From: Octopus bimaculoides
Lineage: Eukaryota
NCBI RefSeq assembly: GCF_001194135.2
Contig: NC_068981.1
Location: 26,215,391 to 26,273,242 of the forward strand
Reading direction: 5' to 3'
DNA length: 57,852 nt
Shown here one piece after another: positions 51,291-57,852 of the stretch (within the stretch, counting starts at the first letter, position 1; every line of letters begins with the position of its first letter). The position numbers and the translations under genes are program-made. The notes beneath the pieces are model-generated. The model was not told where the DNA came from. It searched no databases and saw only the letters and a list, made by a program, of their open reading frames with translations.

Positions 51291-51472
51291 AGTAACTATT
51301 GTAAATTAACACATGTTCCTCCTCATTCGTTGCAGATCAAGAAACTGAACTGTTGGACTTGGCAATCTTATCGTCATTCTATGAAGTCTCTTTAAAGCTA
51401 ACAGCAAAAATTTTATAGATAAATTATACTACTCACGGCAGCTATGTCAGACAGAAAAAGGAACAAACTTAC

Positions 51473-51556
51473 CTCGGAGGTCTATCACACTTCTATCACT
51501 TAGCTGGTGACCATGCTGGCAATAGCACTATGTGAACTCGGAAAATTTTTAATTAT
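51473..51556 (-). other. Candidate non-coding (UTR or lncRNA) exon, 84 nt
   Basis: TTTATATTTGTTATTTAG acceptor and GAG|GTAAGT donor; all three frames closed. An inner acceptor would give a 55-nt exon reading CYCQHGHQLSDRSVIDLR. Confidence 0.3.
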
Positions 51557-52739
51557 CTAAATAACAAATATAAACAACTCTCTACTAGATGAGTATAATA
51601 ATTTGACCTCTCGTGGATCAGAAGCAGCACTATCTTATGATCGGGTCAATGCGTGCCACAGTACTGGAGTTCAAAAGGATCAATAGCCCACGGCTATATG
51701 AAAAACGTAGTGTTTAGCAATTAAATGCATTTGCTTTAATAACTGCCATAGCTCTATTCAAAATTGCATTCAATTTTGAAAAATGGAAATTTTCATTTGT
51801 TTTATAAGTTTTTCTTTAAATCTAGAATCTGTGCATCATTTCACATAAAATTTGGTTGGATTGGTTCAGTTTTTATCGAATTTATGAGTAATAATTTTAA
51901 AATAGAACAATTCTAAAATGATTGGCTTATACGTATATGTTAATGATTTATATTGAACATATATTTGTTCATATTTAAATATTTTCATCTGAGAACAATG
52001 CTAATACGAATATATTTGTTTGAAACCATAAATATTCTCAGCCAGAAATACACTAGAAACTAGTATTTTTTTTCTGCACAGTTGTGGTTCACATTGGAGC
52101 TCTTTCTTTGGAGTTCAGTTTGAAATCAAAGGTTATATTAAAAAAAATTATTTAACACGATTTATCAAAATTAAAATAAAATTGATTTATACGACTGGAA
52201 AAACTTAATTTGCTTTCCATATGAGAAAAATAGAAAGCGCAAGTAAAAAATAGCTCGTATGATTTTTAAATATTTCCTATTTTCTACAAAGAATTTTACA
52301 TAATCGTTTCATTCGTTTATTTTTAATAGACGATTTAAATTACTATTATATACTAAATATCGTATCTTAACCACTGTTTTGTGTTGTTTCTACATACTCT
52401 ATTCTTAGGCATTTTTGTACAGAATAAAATGTAGTCACAAATAAATACATATTCTCTATGCTTTAGATGAATTATTTGGGTGCTGCAGGCCTTAGCCAAA
52501 GTGGCGCTTCAAAGTACAAAAATAACAATAGAATGAGAAAACATATTTACGGTTGTTATCTGAGACACCAATGATGTTAACTTTCCATGACAACAATGGA
52601 TGAGTATGAGAGAATTTATAGTGTAGATACTGTGTTGATAGTCGAGACAGGAGCTGATGCCATTCCTCTGTCTTTGAATATGTGCACAAATTGGGAGCAA
52701 AATGAAACCCGGATTAACAATGGAATTAGAGATGTAGTC

Positions 52740-52895
52740 TTTGTAGAAGCAGCAGGAGCAGCATCAGTATTAGTAGCAGCATCAGCAGAAGTGTCTTCAT
52801 CATCATCATCATCAGTAGTAGTAGTAGTAGTAGTAGTAGTAAGAGGAGGAGGAGGAGGGGGGAGGGGGAGGATGATGGAGGAGGAGGAGGAAATA
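52740..52895. repeat. Compound trinucleotide repeat (GCA/TCA/GTA/GGA) in otherwise unique sequence
   Basis: Consecutive triplet tracts keep several frames open (ORFs 52616-53098 minus, 52726-53028 minus, 52587-52904 plus). Confidence 0.85.
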
Positions 52896-54890
52896 GAAAA
52901 GTGAACAGATATGAAAAAGAATATGTCGCTATTGAATTCGGATTGTTGAGTAATAAAACAGATGAAATGCACAAATGATGGGGCAATGAATAAGGTGGTG
53001 ACTGTGGAAACGTAAATTCGAGCTTCACTCAAAGCAGAGTGGAGACTGGAGAAGTTTATGGTCGGCATTGCGCAATAAAAATATTTACTAGAATCCATTC
53101 ACAAACTGGGATGAAAAATGATAGAGGATTGTTATTCCTATATTGCAAAATGTTTATCTTCTTTTGCATGTAAGTTATTTCACGGTCAATGTCATCGAGA
53201 GCAGATAAATCATACTGTTGATAGCTTTAACAATTGGCGAAAAAGTGAAGAAAGGATTTTTTTTTTACAGGAAAATGAGCAATCGGAATTCAATATTTGT
53301 ATTCAACACCACGAATGGGAAAGATAGTACGGATAGCTGATGCTCTGGACAAAGTAAATGGAGGCCGAATATAGTAAATCACAAGATGTCTTGAAGCGTG
53401 CAGTATGATGCATTCGTTTTATTGCTGGAGATGCATTGCATAACATGGTTCTATTCAAATTATTGAATCACCTGCAAATGGTATTCATCTTGGAATCATA
53501 CAATTATTTTCAGGAAATGAAACATTCTGAGCTAAACACACTCATATGGATGCAAATTAGGAAGAATGTTATTCGTATTATTTGTCAGCTCGAATCTACT
53601 ACGACCTCATATCTATATTTGGCTAATTTGTTCAGAATGTGATTATCGATAACATTAAATCACCCAGTTGTATCTCAGTTTCATTGGAACCCACTCCTGG
53701 TATATTTCATATTAATCAGGTGACTGTAAGGATTAAATATCTGTAATATTGCATAATACATATTGCATATATTTATTTGAATGTTCATTAATATCTTAAT
53801 GTGCATTAATGTATATATACATATACACACACACACATTTTGTATTTATGCTTAATTTTATGACAGACATAACGTGAGATTAGTTGACGATTTCTTCCAT
53901 TTGTGAAGATGAATGGTCATACAGTTAGTCAGGAATGGTGGAACACAAACTTGATAAGTGAAACAGCAAAGGACATTCCTAGGATAACCTTTCAAAAATG
54001 AGTCGCTTGCTCGGTTCATCTATTGTCTGCCGTTGGGAAGTGTACAACAGAGAGCCGCAGTGGAGCAGTTATTTTCTCTTGTTTCTTTTGTGAAGTTTAT
54101 CATTTTCTTTGCTGTAATTCACCAAGTGATCGCATTATGAAAGCATTTCATTAATGGGGTATTAATAGTGGGCAGAATATGTTGAGTGAGTCAGTTCGAG
54201 TTATTATTGGTGGTAGTTATCGGAGTATACTATAATAATAGAGATGAGATTTCGGAATAGAAAAAGCAAAATCCTGAACTTCACAGAACAGATTTTGCAT
54301 TATTTAAAAATATGACGATGGAATGATATATGAGATAGTCCTGACATCTAGAGGGAAAATTCAATATACTTTTTAAAATCCGAAAATGTAATTCATTTAT
54401 TCATTTATTCATTTATTCATTCATTCATTTTTGCTGAGGTCACTCGCTGTTTGGCAGGTACAAAAATGTTTGTATTTTAGTAAAGGCTGATTGTCTGCGT
54501 GCGCTTGTGAATTTATGTACGTATACACACACACGCACACACACACACACACACACACANNNNNNNNNNNNNNNNNNNNNNNNNNNNNNNNNNNNNNNNN
54601 NNNNNNNNNNNNNNNNNNNNNNNNNNNNNNNNNNNNNNNNNNNNNNNNNNNNNNNNNNNNNNNNNNNNNNNNNNNNNNNNNNNNNNNNNNNNNNNNNNNN
54701 NNNNNNNNNNNNNNNNNNNNNNNNNNNNNNNNNNNNNNNNNNNNNNNNNNNNNNNNNNNNNNNNNNNNNNNNNNNNNNNNNNNNNNNNNNNNNNNNNNNN
54801 NNNNNNNNNNNNNNNNNNNNNNNNNNNNNNNNNNNNNNNNNNNNNNNNNNNNNNNNNNNNNNNNNNNNNNNNNNNNNNNNNNNNNNNNNN

Positions 54891-55163
54891 GAACCACTAG
54901 GTTACGGGGACGTAAACACACCAGCATCATCAGGTGTCAAGCGATAATGACGGTGAGGGGGACAAATACAATCAAAAAGAGACTCACACATAAATATATA
55001 CAAATATATAACGGCCTTCTTTACAGTTTCCGTCTACCAAATCCATTGACAAGGTCTTCGTTGGCTCAAGGCTATAGCAGAAGTCACTTGCCCAAGGTGC
55101 CACTCAATCGGACTGAACCCGGAGCCATGAAGCTGGGAAGCAAGCTTCTTACCATACAGCCAC
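54891..55163 (-). mobile_element. SINE family A, tail lost in the gap
   Basis: GTTACGGGGACGTAAACACACCAGCATC..CAGTTTCCGTCTACCAAATCC..CTTACCATACAGCCAC. Confidence 0.85.
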
Positions 55164-55171
55164 GTGTGTGT

Positions 55172-55209
<38 letters not shown>

Positions 55210-55212
<3 letters not shown>

Positions 55213-56790
55213 CGGTTGCAACCAGAGGCCGAGGCCATGCTGGGGCAGCGCCTTTCAGAGTGACTTGGTTTATTTTCTGTGTTAGGTTTCGTAAAGTAAC
55301 CAGTTGGACGGAGTTAATGGCTTTTGTGTTTCCTTGATGATCTTGGAAGACTTCCATATCTACACCTCGAAAATATCTGAGGCTGTTTGGCAGAATGTTG
55401 AATAGTTATGGAACCTTAAATGTGACAATATTGGGTTCTAATTCGAGATGGAGATGACAGAAGCTTTGGTACAAGTACTATGCAGTGTCGTCAAGTTTAG
55501 TGGTTGGTATAGCTTTATAGAACTGCAAATCTTTCAAGTCTTCTCTCTAGCGAGTAGAATTTCAGTTCATTGTGTCTCTCCCAGTAGCACATCTGTTGCA
55601 ACAGCTCAACATTCTTAATGTAGTGGCGCTGGAGTACCTCAAGTTCCGCGACCAGTTTCACGTCCTATATAGACCAGAGTTGAGTGCAGTAATTTTGAAG
55701 AATGAAAATGAAAGTTCTCCATAAGACTAAGATGGTGTTCTTTTCCCTAGTTCTGAAAGATCTCAGGATCCTTCTAGTTACTCACATGCAGAGAGTGGCC
55801 TTCTTGGAAATATGCACGTTGAATGTTTCATCATTACTTATATGGATTCCCAGGTCATGCACCGATTCTGACGCTGGAATTTCACTACTAACGCTTGGTT
55901 CAGTGTATTCTGACTGTAGTCTGTTTGTGAACCGATAGTGAAATGCTTGAAACTTTTCAACAGTGAAATGTATGTTATATTCATTAGCCTACCTGTATTC
56001 TACATTTAGATCTTTCTGCAGTCTGAGAATGTTATTAAGGTCTCTGACACAATTGTATTATTATCATAGCTGGTGAGGGTTTTTGCATCAGTCTGATTTT
56101 CTAGTGATACCAAGGTCACACAATTAGTGATATGTCATTCTATGACGATGTTTGTTAAAGGCCTAGGCAAGTCGACGTATATCACATCCACATTTGAGAT
56201 GTCGAGCTGCTGTTTCAGTACCCAATCATAATGTAATAGCTGCGTAAAGCAGCCCCTTCCATCAAGCGGAAGCTATGGTTTTTGTTTTTTTAGTAATTTA
56301 TTTTCTTTCAGGAAAGTGATCGGTCTCCTCCTGAAAATGTGTGCCATGATCGTGAGAACATATAATATCAGATACATAGGCCGGTAATTTCTATAATTTT
56401 CTCTGCTTCTACTTTTATGGATTGGACATATACCTTCTTTTAACATTTAGGGAAAATTACCACATGCAAGGTCACTTTGAAAAAATATCTGCAGCGGTTT
56501 TCGAGGTCTTTCTTGCATGTTTTTGAAAGAACAATATCCAGCTGGGTCCGTTGCTGCGTTCAAGTTCAACTCATTAATGATTAATATTACATCTTTGTCC
56601 TTTATGCTGAGATGCAATCGATAATTTCCTCTTTCTCATGTACGTTAATGGTGCTGGAGAACTCATCAGTTCTAATATGGAGAGACTATGAAGATAAATT
56701 TGCTTGCAAATCGGTTATCAATTCACTTCCGGTCAGTCTTGTAGGAAGTAAGACTGGATAGGCCTCGGTATACCTGTGTGGACTACATCT
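55210..56790 (-). mobile_element. CR1-clade LINE, decayed RT region to 3' end
   Basis: NYRNYRP, DVIYVDL (cf. DVIYLDFAKAFD), SYDNNT (decayed YADDT), NYCTQLWS and LFNILPNSLR. Tail GGCGCTGCCCCAGCATGGCC at 55233-55252. Confidence 0.85.
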
Positions 56791-57328
56791 TTAAATCGTT
56801 TCAAATTATACATATATATATATATATACATGCAGATACAAACTTGAAAATACACACAGAGTGTTTATGAAATATTTATTTAAATTATAATCAACACAAT
56901 TAACAGGTTTTACATCTACATGAATTTAAGACGTGTAAGTTTTGAGGAACGTGGGGTTGTGTCACAAACTATCAAAACTTGCACTTTTGAAAATCAAATA
57001 AACGTCAAACCGACTAAGTCTAATAATTTAATTTCAGTAAATCCTTATATATTTTTTCTGACCCTTTTCAGTTTTACTTATTTTCCATATGTTATGTATA
57101 TACATACGTATGTATGCATGCATGTACGTATGTATTTATGTAAGTAAGTGTGTGTACACGCGTGTGTGTTAGTGGGTTTACAAGTGGGTGAACAAACAAA
57201 AGAAAGTAGCACTCGACGCATTTTGTAGGAGTTGCATATGTTTTTAATAACAGCTGGAATCAGCCCTCTGTTTCTTACGCACGTACTAAATTTGAAGACA
57301 TGTCGAGCTAAGGCAAACAATTATTAAT

Positions 57329-57370
<42 letters not shown>

Positions 57371-57810
57371 GGGTTTACTTTAAAATCAAATTTGTCGCAA
57401 TAAATTATGTGACTACAGTTTGCAATTTCAGTAATTTTCTGCTGTTATAAATCAATATTTAGTTATTGTCTACATATTGGCAAACTGGTTATAATATCAA
57501 TCATGAACCCGAAACACATAAACTTTAATTAAATTCGGTAACATTTATAGCCTACATATCAATATTTTATGTATTTTTTCAAGTCACTGTCTTCCCTTTA
57601 GTTGTAACACTATTTTGTTCACTTTCTTAGGATTATTTTTGTGATCAAAATTGACATTACACTGCAATGCAGAAATACGCGTGTGTTTCTGTGTATGTGT
57701 TTGTGTGTATGTACTTTTATGGATATTTGCGTGTTTCTATTTCCCTATGTAGTTATAAGGATATACATAAATAATTCTATACACATCTACAAATATACAA
57801 ATATATACAT

Positions 57811-57852
<42 letters not shown>

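Overview
AT-rich, repeat-dense eukaryotic non-coding DNA from a gapped short-read assembly (about 17 N runs). The SINE families and microsatellite load look like octopus, but that is my inference, not a database result. I can support no intact protein-coding gene, tRNA, rRNA or CRISPR array; almost all ORF-track entries are microsatellite or N artefacts. Supportable content: (1) LINE fossils: four CR1 pieces, one L2/CR1-group 3' end, one Tx1/L1 ORF1-endonuclease junction, two R4/Dong-type pieces. (2) DNA transposon fossils: several mariner derivatives, Tc1, a DD37D/maT-like piece, Tc1/mariner- and hAT-type MITEs. (3) Three tRNA-headed SINE families, labelled A, B and D here, plus a short repeat E. 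(4) A speculative chain of minus-strand exon-like segments and a SINE-poor island at about 51.7-54.4 kb. Best lead: candidate small self-cleaving RNAs. These are a tandem 180-nt unit with minimal hammerhead-like motifs (43.76-44.09 kb, solo copy at 27.3 kb), a TSD-flanked Penelope-like insert with a canonical hammerhead core (45.59-45.89 kb), and a weaker structured 5' end at 36.65 kb. None is shown to be active. Element boundaries are approximate unless exact motifs are quoted.
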